This document shows positions 40,471 to 52,823 of a stretch of DNA of 64,000 bases, in pieces; position 1 is the first letter of the stretch, and every line of letters starts with the position of its first letter. The position numbers and the translations under genes are program-made. The notes below the pieces were generated by a model. It did not search any database, was not told the origin of the DNA, and was given only the letters and a program-made list of their open reading frames with translations. Location: positions 94,797,932-94,861,931 of the forward strand of contig NC_068988.1 of NCBI RefSeq assembly GCF_001194135.2, in the 5' to 3' direction. This DNA comes from Octopus bimaculoides (lineage: Eukaryota).

Positions 40471-40615
40471 CTCTAGGCACAAGGCCTGAAATTTTGGGGG
40501 AGGGGGACAGTCGATTAGATCGACCCCAGTATGTAACTGGTACTTAATTTATCGACATCGAAAGGATGAAATGCAAAGTCGACCGCGTTGGAATATGAGC
40601 TGAGAACGTAAAGAC
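40471..40615 (-). mobile_element. SINE family A, 3' two-thirds, running into a 15-bp minisatellite
   Basis: Family blocks present up to 'gagctgagaacgtaaagac'. Confidence 0.85.
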
Positions 40616-40724
40616 GTAGAACGTAAAGACGTAGAACGTAAAGACGTAGAACGTAAAGACGTAGAACGTAAAGACGTAGAACGTAAAGACGTAGAACGTA
40701 AAGACGTAGAACGTAAAGACGTAG
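40603..40724. repeat. 15-bp minisatellite (agaacgtaaagacgt) at least x8, continuing into a gap
   Basis: Direct reading; gives the (LRLYV)n ORF on the minus strand. Confidence 0.95.
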
Positions 40725-41371
40725 NNNNNNNNNNNNNNNNNNNNNNNNNNNNNNNNNNNNNNNNNNNNNNNNNNNNNNNNNNNNNNNNNNNNNNNNNNNN
40801 NNNNNNNNNNNNNNNNNNNNNNNNNNNNNNNNNNNNNNNNNNNNNNNNNNNNNNNNNNNNNNNNNNNNNNNNNNNNNNNNNNNNNNNNNNNNNNNNNNNN
40901 NNNNNNNNNNNNNNNNNNNNNNNNNNNNNNNNNNNNNNNNNNNNNNNNNNNNNNNNNNNNNNNNNNNNNNNNNNNNNNNNNNNNNNNNNNNNNNNNNNNN
41001 NNNNNNNNNNNNNNNNNNNNNNNNNNNNNNNNNNNNNNNNNNNNNNNNNNNNNNNNNNNNNNNNNNNNNNNNNNNNNNNNNNNNNNNNNNNNNNNNNNNN
41101 NNNNNNNNNNNNNNNNNNNNNNNNNNNNNNNNNNNNNNNNNNNNNNNNNNNNNNNNNNNNNNNNNNNNNNNNNNNNNNNNNNNNNNNNNNNNNNNNNNNN
41201 NNNNNNNNNNNNNNNNNNNNNNNNNNNNNNNNNNNNNNNNNNNNNNATATATATATATATATATATATATAATGTACTGTTTTGTCATAGAAAATTCAAC
41301 AAAAATGGACTTCATTTGGCGAGAGATGAATATTCTTTATGTAAAGGGCACAATACATGTATTTAAGCGCT

Positions 41372-41422
41372 ACCCACAGTTTCGTATGTTGAGAAACGCT
41401 CAAATATATTCTTCAGTTGCAA
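41372..41422 (-). ncRNA. Degenerate hammerhead-like motif
   Basis: The minus strand reads CTGAAGA-ATATATTTGAG-cgttt-CTCAACATAC-GAAAC. Stem II is imperfect and helices I and III are not convincingly formed. Confidence 0.3.
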
Positions 41423-42151
41423 ACCAGATATCATAATGAACTAAAAAAAAAATGGAATAATAAAAGAAACGCGAAAAAACTGAGAAGGCAGCAGAAACGC
41501 AGAAAGGAAAAAGACAGGAAAACGAAAACACATAAACTAAAATGACAACAACAAAAAGTAAAAGGGTTAAAGAGTTATCCTCCTTAAACCTTAAATGATA
41601 AGGCTGGAAAACTATCAATTCAATCAGGAATAGGCATAATTTTCCAGTTCTTAAAAATATATTTCTGCATATGCATGCAGTCACTGAAACATTTTGACCT
41701 GGAGTTCAATACAGAGTTAGGGATTTTAGATTTAAACAGTATAATCGCTCTTTTGAGTAAAAAAGCATACATCAAAAAGGCCATTTTAAAATAGACTACA
41801 TTAGAGAAAGTTGAATGCGATGTGAATATGTAGATCTGCAATAAGATGATTAGAAATGTTACGAGAAGTGCTATTTCACGAAACTTTGCGACACCGATAG
41901 AATTTCATAAATGTATTTGTCTATCAAATACTTGTTTTTACACGTCGGGAATTGCAACAAGCAATATACAACATATATACTATATATTATGAGAATTTGT
42001 TGTTGAAAGTGCATCTGAATTTGAAAAACTTGTAATTGTTTTTAAGTAAATTTATTTACATACATACCAAACTAGTTTCAACAATTTTTTGTTTATCAAC
42101 GGTAAAAATTTAAAATTGCCAAGAATACTCTCTCTTTTGATATATATATAT

Positions 42152-42211
<60 letters not shown>

Positions 42212-42283
42212 ACATATATATATATATATACAGAGAGAGAGAAAGAGAGATAGATAGATATACAAACAAACATTCGCATATAT

Positions 42284-42336
<53 letters not shown>

Positions 42337-42522
42337 GTGTGTGTGTGTGTGTTCATATATGTTTGTGCATATGTGCATATATATATATGAAAATGTATAT
42401 ATATACCTATTCCTAAATACAGACACACACACAAACACATATATGTATATATGCATATTAATATAAGTGTACCGCAAGAATATTTCACAGCCCTACGTAC
42501 TCTCGAACATATGGATACGTAC

Positions 42523-42558
<36 letters not shown>

Positions 42559-42605
42559 NNNNNNNNNNNNNNNNNNNNNNNNNNNNNNNNNNNNNNNNNN
42601 NNNNN

Positions 42606-42649
<44 letters not shown>

Positions 42650-43353
42650 GCACCATATATGTGTGTATGTGTGTGTGCGCGCGCGCGCGTGTGTGTGTGT
42701 GTGTGCGTGTGTGTGTGTGCATGTATAAACTAATTTTTCTAAGCCAAACCAGTTTCGTGGGTCAAGTAAAAACTAGTCTGATGCAAGAGTCAAACTAACG
42801 CTCACGCAATTGGAGACACTGACCTTCACACACAAAACACGCAAACACTCACACACGCCCTGGCGTGTGTGGATGTGTGTGGATGTGTGTGGTTTGTGTA
42901 TGTGTGTGGTGTGTGTATGTGTGTGGTTTGTGTATGTGTGTGGTGTGTGTATGTGTGTGGTTTGTGTATGTGTGTATGTGTGTGTGGTTTGTGTGTCTCG
43001 TGTACTATGACAGTGTTGTCAGTCTATGAAAGTCTTCAATAATTAATTACTTTGTAACATTGTTTATGTTGAGAAGATACTTGTATTAGAAGCCTACAAA
43101 CTGCGGTGAGTGTTATCTGCAGGTTTCAGTATTATTCAGTCATGCTTGTGTCCAACTCGTCTGTCTTCGATGGAGTAATTGCTGCGATTGAGCAGACATT
43201 GACATAACGGCACTCAAAGGAATAATAATCAAATTTGAAATGGCGTCATTTGAAATCAGAATAAAATTCAAATAATTAACATTCCATGCAATTCATATAT
43301 CAACATTATATTCTATTAATATGATATCATAAGTGATGAACACTTCATGATAT

Positions 43354-43402
43354 CAGTCGGTGATGACCAGTCGGTGATGACCAGTCGGTGATGACCAGTC
43401 GG
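43354..43402. repeat. 14-bp tandem repeat (cagtcggtgatgac) x3.5
   Basis: Direct reading; perfect copies. Confidence 0.95.
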
Positions 43403-43954
43403 CTTTTATGATCAACCATATTCATATTCGTAAAATAAGTAAGCATCGGAATATCCGACAGATAAATATACCCTTTGCGGTACTCTTGTATTCTTTTAAA
43501 AATTTGGCGTCACACTTGAACTAAAAATATAATTAAAAGTGTAGGGGAAAGTATTAATTTAGGTTACACTGAGGCACATTTAGCATCGTCTCGTGACACA
43601 CCATTGCGCTGCGGAATATCGGTTGCGGTGCACTACGTTAGAATATGGCGAGGCGGAACTTTTGGGTTACTGCTTCAATTCAGAAAGAGAATGAAAAGGA
43701 ATCTGCTGCAGAATGAAAGAAATTGGCCTAATATAATTTCTGTGCTTTATTTATCGACCCCGAAACAATCCTAAAAGAAGTCCTTCGGTTCGGGAGTGTT
43801 TGAATTCACAAGGGGACAAATAAAGGGAAAAAAATAAACCTTTTTAATGAGAACCATGTGTCTGATGCGATGCAGCTAGTGCAAATACATTCGGTTTCAA
43901 ATTTGTCTCCTCGTTGTATTACATCCAGTCGAATTCTTTTATGGGAAAGTAAAG

Positions 43955-44075
43955 TGACCGATAGAATAATTACTAGGCTTGCAAAAAATAAGTCCTGGGG
44001 TCGATTTATTCGAATAAGGGTGTTGCTCCAGTGTGGTCGCAGTGAAATGACTGACACAAGTTAAAGAGTAAATGA
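43955..44075 (+). mobile_element. SINE family B tail fragment
   Basis: 'accgatagaataattactaggcttgc..aagtcctggggtcgattt..gctccagtgtggtcgcagtgaaatgactga'. Confidence 0.75.
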
Positions 44076-44962
44076 CATAGATAAATAAACAAATAAATAA
44101 ATAAAAAAGTACATGACGACAGAGCTAAAACGGTTCGACCAGATCTACTGGACCATGGTTGACATAGGACTATCCCAGTTTAAGTGCAGCTGCCATTATC
44201 AAAACTTTTGCACAGGACTGACTCATGCATCTAAATCTCTTCTCAGTTTTCCAGACACTCAGATGTGCAAGAACATACTAAACGATAATAATGACATAAT
44301 ACGACTTCTCCAAAAACTCCAGGCAATTCATGGCATACAAAATACTTGACCCCGTTCACGTCTTGATTGTTTGCGGAGGTTCGAGATGCATTGATCTCAC
44401 GTGTGTGTGTGTGTCTTGGGGAGGAAAATAGAGTTCAACGGCAAACATTCTGATAAATGTTTCTCTTTTCAAACGAAGTAATAAGGAAAGAATCCTACAG
44501 CTTGGGGAACCGAGTTTTTAACATATATGAGTGTCCCCAATGGAAAATTGACACCACTTGGGATACAATACGAATAATCCTCTTCTCCAAACAGCCGCAG
44601 GTTTCGGAGACAGAACTTTTCTCAATTATAAAATTCCTCCTGACACCGATAGAAGTCATTTGTAAAATTTCTATGCGTTTTCCATTTTTTTTTTTTTTTT
44701 TTTCAGATACATCTAAATGTCGGAAAAGAAACGAACCGAATTAACATTGAAAATAACCACCTCCGATGGCTGGTCTTACGTCCTATCTATAATTTTAGCT
44801 TTTAGATCAAACATTTCCTACACATTGAGATTAAACATATTTACATTTGCACAATATATTAATTCATATGATGTAGGGTGTCTCCTCTAATTTCCGTTTC
44901 AGCTTCTTTTTTTTCATCTATATGATGTAAAGGTAATTTATTCACGTAAATCCATTATAGCC

Positions 44963-45004
<42 letters not shown>

Positions 45005-45090
45005 CAAACACACACACACACACTCGTAAGTATTTATGCACTGTGCGTGAATAAATATATGCATATATACATATGTTTGAGTATGTCTGT

Positions 45091-45168
<78 letters not shown>

Positions 45169-45348
45169 CTGGATACATACAAACGTACACAAGCAAGTAA
45201 GACTAAGAGATGGAAAGAGAGAGAGAGGGGGAAACAGAGAAGGAGAGAGAAAGAAAGAGAGAGAGAGAGAGAAATGCATATACACAAACAAAATCTCATA
45301 CGCACATATATATTCCGCACGGAATCAATCGATGAGAGTCAGGACAAG

Positions 45349-45407
<59 letters not shown>

Positions 45408-45499
45408 GCGAGGTACTGATGTAAATGTTATGTCTACATATAATTTACGGCCTCAACATACTTTCAAATTTGCCAATAATAATAATAATAATAATAAAC

Positions 45500-45682
45500 C
45501 TTTGTATTGTAGGTAGAAGACCTGAAATTTGAAGGGAGAGATGGAGTTGATTACCAGTGCTTGACTGGAACTTTTTCTATTGACTCCAAAAGGATGAAAG
45601 ACGAAGTCGACCTCGACGGAATGTGAACTCAGAACATAAAGACGGATGAAATAATATTAACGAGTCTGCTAGTTCGCGCCTT
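45500..45682 (-). mobile_element. SINE family A, diverged
   Basis: Central block and head present; tail abuts (AAT)n. Confidence 0.75.
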
Positions 45683-45708
45683 GACAATGACAACAAGAAC
45701 AACAACAA

Positions 45709-45850
45709 TACATTATTTACATTATTTACATTATTTACATTTGACGGATATTTGTCCTCATTTTGTTTGTTGTTTACACAACGTTTCGGTTGATATACCC
45801 TCCAGCCTTCATCAGATGTCTTGGGGAAATTTCGAACCTGGGTTCTCACT
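45709..45850 (-). mobile_element. Penelope-like tail with hammerhead and (AATGTAAAT)n end
   Basis: Near-identical to 49023-49160 over the HHR and downstream 'gaggacaaatatccgtcaaatgtaaataatgt'. Confidence 0.75.
45776..45819 (-). ncRNA. Minimal type-I hammerhead ribozyme motif
   Basis: The minus strand reads ACAT-CTGATGA-A-GGCTG-gagggtatat-CAACC-GAAA-CG-TT-GTGT. Helix I has 4 bp, helix III is the palindromic ACGU, and stem II has one mismatch. Confidence 0.75.
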
Positions 45851-45866
45851 CTATTGCGTTTTTGTT

Positions 45867-45903
<37 letters not shown>

Positions 45904-47232
45904 CGTGATCTAGATAATTTGCCGAGTGTGTACCTAGGTTATGTCACACAGAATGGAAATCTTACTACAGCGTTTTGAAAGTACTTCTGAAACAATATCC
46001 AAACAGAATTCCAAAACAGGCAACGTGCAAACTGGGTGTTTGCTAATATAAAGGCTTTCTAACAGCTGTTGCCTTTTGAAATCCGTTTCTCAACATCAGT
46101 TTCCACGACATGAAACAAATTAGGCAAAACTTTCTTAAACAGACGCTGGTATATCATTGGTAACACTAACATTCAAGTTGATATTTATATATTTCTTTGT
46201 TCTGATGTGGACAAGGAGGGTGGTAATGGTCTTGGTTCAGCTGTAATCTGAATAATCCTTTTTTGGTCCCTTCACATAACCGATTCCAAGAGAAACTGCG
46301 GGCAGACGTCGACATTAGGTCTTGGAATAATATTTTATTTCTTGGCTATGAAATATCATTTAGCTTTTGTATAACGAGGCATTTAATCTGGACCTCAAAA
46401 ATATCCTACTGAATTGTCGCTTTAATAGATAAATGACAGACCTGAAACAGAATGGAGATCTTTGAGACAGATTTGAAATTTCTACTTACAAGGCGCATAT
46501 CACAATCTATTATTTATTTGGCAATTACGAGTCCTTCAGTGGAAGAAACGGATGACATATCACATTATTTTGTAGTTCTTATAATGATTTCGATGTTTCG
46601 TTGAACATGCGATATGAAAAGTGTTTTGCACGTGTTTACATGATTGTGAATGCGCATGCGTGTGTATGTGTGTAAATACATTTAGATGATTATCAATGTA
46701 GCCCGGCCCTTTTAATGCAACCTTACTATTTGCTTGATTTCTCCCGTTAAAGTTAAGACTCTGCTATGGAAAAGTTTTCATCTGTGAAGTTTACCCCCCG
46801 ATGTTATCAGTAATGGTCTTCCGGGCATATGTATATATATAGATGCCTTTTATTTATTGATTTTGTTGTTTATTATGTTTCTTTTTTTCTATTTGCTTGT
46901 TTTCTTTAATATCCCAAATTAATCTTCAATGTCAATGTCACATGTAACGGTAAAGTCTGTCTACCTGCAGGATAGACATTTTATAGCCGCGATCTGAGAC
47001 ATTCACATCTTTAGAAACTCGCATAATCACATATATATATTAACATAAATAGTACATCACACACACAAACACACACACACACACACACACACAAATAAAC
47101 ACGCACACATAAACGTGTGAATGTATGATACTTGTATACACATCCCCAAATACATGCCTACAAACTTTAATAATTTAAATAGAAATACGGCACAGTCGAC
47201 CATCCTTATTTCACTCTCTCTCTCCCTCGCTC

Positions 47233-47303
<71 letters not shown>

Positions 47304-47590
47304 CTCTTTCCCTCTCTCTTTCTGTATCCTCCCTCATGTTCCCGGTATGTTGTAGAAATTTATTGTCCCAATATTTCAAAATTTCTGATATACACTTTTA
47401 TACACCTTAACATTTTTGCAATTATATACACAAGGGTGCTGAGTGCGAGTGTGTGATTTATATATGTGCTTGCGTGTGTGTGTGGGGGGGGGTATGTGTG
47501 TATGTGCGGTATGTGCTTCTCTCTCTCTCTCTGTGTATGTGTGTGCATGTGTGTGTATGTGTGTGTGTGGTACGTGCCCCTGTGTGTACT

Positions 47591-47628
<38 letters not shown>

Positions 47629-48503
47629 GTATGTTCCTGTGTGTGTGTATCTGTGTATGTGCCTCACAATCTACCAATTCTGCCACTCATCTCCCCGTGT
47701 AATTTCAAGTATTACACATTCAGGTAACAATATTTTAGCGTCGGATTGTACGCTACGAAAATTTAGATTTTCAAATTTTTAGTGTTTCATCACAGAATCG
47801 GTCGATTTCCCCAAACTATACACTCAGTCAGATAAGTGTGAAAAACAAAATGTTTTATCTACAAAATAAACAGTGGAAACACTGCATAACTAGCGAGTGT
47901 TTCATTGAACCTAACAGCAATACTTTTGCAACGACACTGGAGCAAACAGCAAGGACCATTTTTTCTGTGTAGTTTTACTCACACAAATAGATCTGTTAAA
48001 TAGCCCGATCATGAGAAGTTCAGTTCTTCAAAGCTTCCAACCAGTAGAAAGCAAAATAAACAATTAAATAGATAAATATATAATAAGCAACGTATTCTAT
48101 CTTGCTACAATTCAACAAAAACTAAGGTTAAAATGAGTAGTAACCTGAAATATCTATTTAGTATTTACATATAACTTAGCGGGAATTAGTCAAGGGCAGA
48201 ATAAATATTTCGCTAATCAGATGTTTGTGAGAGAAACCTGTTCGTATCATTGTTTAATGATACAGGGTTTTATGTACATATGTGTGCAACTGGGTATATA
48301 AGTATAGTTGAATAGAAAACGTCCATGTGTGTGTGTGTGTGTGTGCGTGTGTGCGCGTGTGCGTGTGTGTGTGCCTATTTAAACATGAGTGTAAGCACAT
48401 GTTTACAAACATATTGGTGTTTTTTAAGTGAGAATATCAGCTAAGGTGTTGTAAACCTGTAAATTTAAAATCTTCATTCCAAGCTGAACAAACAGAGACT
48501 CAA

Positions 48504-48552
<49 letters not shown>

Positions 48553-49098
48553 AAGAGTGACTAAATAAGGGAGGGAAAGAGAAAAATAAGAGAGAGAGGA
48601 ACAGGGAGACAGAGAAAATCCTGGATAGAGCAGCAGACAAGAATAAGAGGGAAAGAAAGAATGAGAAATGTCAGCCTAATTGAGCAGTGATTATGACTCA
48701 TTAATACAAAGATCAACTTTCTGCACAAGATCCTAAGTTTGTGTTTCAGTGTAACTTCAGCATGATTCCAAAGAAATTAGTTTATTAAATCTTAAAGAGA
48801 AGATAGCAATGTAACATTAAAGATATACCAAACAGCTTAGTTTATTAAACGTAATTCTGTCCTTTTCTTTCGCCATCATTGCAAAAAAGAAATAACGTAC
48901 AGCCCAAATCATTCACAGATCTCGTTGAAGCGTTTTTTTTCTTCTTCTTTTAACTGCTATTTATTATAGATATTCATCAATTGCTAACATGAAATTCTCT
49001 TGTGGTTTAAACATTTCATTTTAATACAGTTCTATATTTAAGACATGAGGAATTATGTACATTAGTTACATTATTTACATTTGACGGATATTTGTCCT

Positions 49099-49140
49099 CA
49101 CGACGTTTCGGCTGATATACCCTCCAGCCTTCATCAGGTG
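49099..49140 (-). ncRNA. Minimal type-I hammerhead ribozyme motif (GUC site)
   Basis: The minus strand reads CAC-CTGATGA-A-GGCTG-gagggtatat-CAGCC-GAAA-CG-TC-GTG. Stem II is a perfect 5 bp, helix III is palindromic ACGU and helix I has 3 bp. Confidence 0.8.
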
Positions 49141-49210
49141 TCTTGCGGAAATTTCGAAATCTCATTCATAAGGTATCTTTCGAGGTCATTATTATTATTA
49201 TTATTATTCA

Positions 49211-49283
49211 GGGCACTGCCTGGAATCGAACCCGGAATCTTGGGGTTAGTAGCCCGCGCTCTTAACTACTACGCCATATGCTC
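49211..49283 (-). tRNA. tRNA-like Pol III head (73 nt; ACT at the anticodon position), probably not a functional tRNA
   Basis: A-box TGGCGTAGTAG, exact B-box GGTTCGATTCC, C32-T33-ACT-A37-A38 loop and T-arm CCGGG/CCAGG. The acceptor, D and anticodon stems are mismatched, and there is no long variable arm. Confidence 0.6.
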
Positions 49284-50840
49284 GTGGGCAATAATGGAGT
49301 GAATTTTAAGGCTTATAAATCTAATATTTTCCTATCCTTCCTTAATACCGGTTCCCATAAGCCATTGCATCAAGCTGTTTGGTTTGGTGCATCGAAACGT
49401 TTTCAGTTCTCGGCTGGACATAGTTTGCATCTGTTTGATCCTGATATTCGGTCGATTAATTGCAGCTAATAAGAACGACGTCATGTCTATTATCCTTTTG
49501 TTTCCAGATATATTGAACTAAGTAATTTATTCTACTTGTGGATCAGAAAGAAAGAGCTGTCGTCTGCTTTTGTTTCAAAATCGTTTGACTGAAAAAAATG
49601 ATAGAAAACTACGTCCATGAAAGGATTCTCGCCCTTAGCATCCATAATACCCTTAAGCGGTTTGCAGGGAAGAAGAATTTTATTAGAAACAACTAAATAT
49701 TTCCTTTCTTAATATTTTTAGCGTTTTTAAGATTGTAGCAAATATGTATATTTCATTATCAATTATTTTATAAATGGTGCAATAAGTTGTCAGTTTTGGA
49801 ACATTTATTTACTTATTTGTCCTAACCTTTCACGTATTTCGTGGAAACCAGTGTGTCGTGGGGGTGGGGGAGTTTCAAACTTACACAAACACAGGCACCA
49901 ACCAAAGTGGAATGTCATTGTTTGATTATATTCCATCATTTTACTGTATTCGCGGTGGGGAAAAATGCGAAGCGAGGACCACATCTCCCTCTACACTTTG
50001 CGTATAATGTTTTGTGCCACACATGTGAATGTACATCCCAATAACTCAACATTCAACCAATTACTCACGTGCAACAAATTCGAACAGAGTGAAAAAAAAT
50101 AACTAAATGGGTGGTGGGTGCAATTTATCATAAGATAACTAACGCACTTGCCTAAACAGACGCTAGTGACGGAAACAGTCGACTCTGTCCGAAGATGTCG
50201 AGTTAAGGAGCAGCTTAGCTCACTATCCACGTGTCAACAACATCCGAACCCGGAAAAATACTGCTTGCAATAAAGAAGAAGACAAAAATGTTCAAAACAG
50301 ATAAGAATTTGAAAAAAATAAATATAAAACATATATCTTTGCGTGTATGAGAAGAGAAAGAGGAAACTGCTTGAACCTTCTAGCGGGCGTGTAGGGGTGG
50401 TTTTTTCTGCTTTGCTCTTTTTTTTTTTCCACATTTCGTGCTTTTGTCTGTTTAAAGAAACCCACTTGAAGATGTCGATCGCCATTCGCAGGCAATTTAT
50501 TGTCATACGCAAACGATTGACAATATGACAAGAAAATACACAGATGAAATATAAAACAAATAAACAAATTAAAAAAACAAAACAAATTCCTATGTCAGCA
50601 AGTAAACAAACAACGAATGAATTTTCACAGAAAAATTTAGAAAAATATAAAGCATTTCTATGTTTTTGAGCAAATACACATACATACATACACACACACA
50701 TACACACATCTTTGTATATATACAAACATATATATATATATATATATAAACACATATATATGTATGTATATAAATTCGGTTTAATATATATATACATACA
50801 TACATATGTGTGTGTGTGTTTGTGTATGTATGTCCGTCTC

Positions 50841-50877
<37 letters not shown>

Positions 50878-51327
50878 CTTCATGTATTAAATTTATTTAT
50901 TTATTATGGGGTTTCCATAACATTGTATGTTTTTAATGATTTCACTTTTCTTTTACAGCCTATGTTATTTGTTACTTGTTTTCTTTTTATTTCTCTGAGT
51001 TATTTTCACTTTTCTTATAACTACTGCTCTGCCAATGCTAGCAAAGGTTAAACCGATTATATGCTGGTATTAATCTGGTGGAATTTCTCTGGAGGAGATC
51101 ATAAGAGATTGACACCTTCAGTGTTGTCTTGTATGGCCTTCATGCTAAATAACTCGAGGTTAGGATTAGCTACACGGTCCGGCATGTTGTGTTCTTATTT
51201 AAAATCTGTGTAAAGAAGATCCTTGAAATCAGTTCCAGCTTTTCCGAAACCAACAAACACAGGATTTATTGACATAGCATGCTGGAAAAGAGGGAATTTC
51301 CAATTATTTGTAATTATTAATTTTTAT

Positions 51328-51366
<39 letters not shown>

Positions 51367-51605
51367 NNNNNNNNNNNNNNNNNNNNNNNNNNNNNNNNNN
51401 NNNNNNNNNNNNNNNNNNNNNNNNNNNNNNNNNNNNNNNNNNNNNNNNNNNNNNNNNNNNNNNNNNNNNNNNNNNNNNNNNNNNNNNNNNNNNNNNNNNN
51501 NNNNNNNNNNNNNNNNNNNNNNNNNNNNNNNNNNNNNNNNNNNNNNNNNNNNNNNNNNNNNNNNNNNNNNNNNNNNNNNNNNNNNNNNNNNNNNNNNNNN
51601 NNNNN

Positions 51606-51676
<71 letters not shown>

Positions 51677-52823
51677 TATAGATATATACATAAACACATT
51701 TCACACACTCACACACACACACATATGTATGTATGTATGTATGTATGTATGGAATCGTATTTACAACGTCATTATTCGCAATGTTTTACTCCATAACCCA
51801 GAATAAATGACGTGTTCTTTCAAGAGAAAGTTTTGAAAAATCTAATTTTTTTTCTTCAAATGTCTTAATCGCCTTTGATTGAAGATTGAATGCAAAATTA
51901 TCAAATTCTAGTCTCTTCTCATATAAAATCTAGAAGTGAATTTAATGGTTACATGTTTTATTTATTTATCTATATCAGTTAATTTATTTATTTATTTTTG
52001 TGTCTATATCATCCTCCTTGTTTGTTAAAAAATAGTCTGATATAAAAGTTGAGATTTAATATCTAAAAAGAATCGGGAAATGAATCTTGCACAGTGAATA
52101 TCCAATATAGAAAGAACTTTTTACAACAGATCATCGTAAAATATTTCCTCGCAAACTGTTTTTAAAATTTCTTTCTGAAACCAGAATTAATGTGTATATA
52201 GACGCTCGATTTATACATCTTTAAAGGGAACTCTTCCAGACGTAATATCGCAGCTACGAACATTTGACATTAATGTTTATATTATTGAGATGCTTCTGAC
52301 TCAAAATTTGTATTTTGGTCTACTCGTGCGCCACTTTGGGAAATCAGCAAATAGATTTTAGTCTGTTCGTATGTTTAGTGTTAGAAGCAGTTCAGCAACA
52401 CTTCCTGACGATTCGATTTCGCTTCGGAAGCGAAGCGAGAGTATGGTACTCAAAAAAAATTCTTAAACTGCAAAATATTGATATTTGTCATTCCCGTTCA
52501 CTTCTGTCGTGGTTGTGTTTCGCCGTGCTTTGAAGCACGCTGCTCTTTCTAAAACTATACGCCTTTAAAGGGAGCCCTCTTAGACGAAATATGGAAGCTG
52601 CTCCCATTTAACTATACACATATATTATGTGATATTCATAACACTGGTCTACAAAATTAAATCTATTATACTCATTATGAATGCAAACCAACTTTTTAAG
52701 ACTAATTTTTCATGCTGATTTAAAAATCTTTCTCCATTTATATGCAACACGTGTCCGTTTTTCAGTAGATACATGCAAATAATAGTTGTATATATGAAAT
52801 CATTAACGTAATAAATAAGTAGT

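Larger units (their letters stand above)
49023..49330 (-). mobile_element. Composite non-autonomous retroelement: tRNA-like head + (AAT)n linker + hammerhead + Penelope-type tail
   Basis: See component features; the parts are contiguous and co-oriented. Confidence 0.7.

Noticed and set aside
40603-40724. CRISPR-like regular repeat
   Set aside because: Units are contiguous with no spacers, the context is eukaryotic and there are no cas genes; it is a minisatellite.
43240-43262. 13-nt match to the miR-29 3' part; also 11-12-nt matches to miR-10 (~2534), miR-193 (~667) and miR-375 (~19559)
   Set aside because: Partial matches only, with no precursor hairpin; expected by chance.
9374-45819. Apparent excess of G-to-A changes in hammerhead stems
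   Set aside because: Inferred from only a few sites without real consensus sequences; C-to-T also occurs, and an AT-biased mutation spectrum explains it.
49211-49283. Functional tRNA-Ser(ACT) gene
   Set aside because: The stems are mismatched, the long variable arm is missing, and this anticodon class is normally absent in eukaryotes; treated as an element head.
52400-52545. CTGACGA near two hairpins (TTCGCTT/AAGCGAA; CGTGCT/AGCACG)
   Set aside because: Core and GAAA are not arranged as a hammerhead on either strand.
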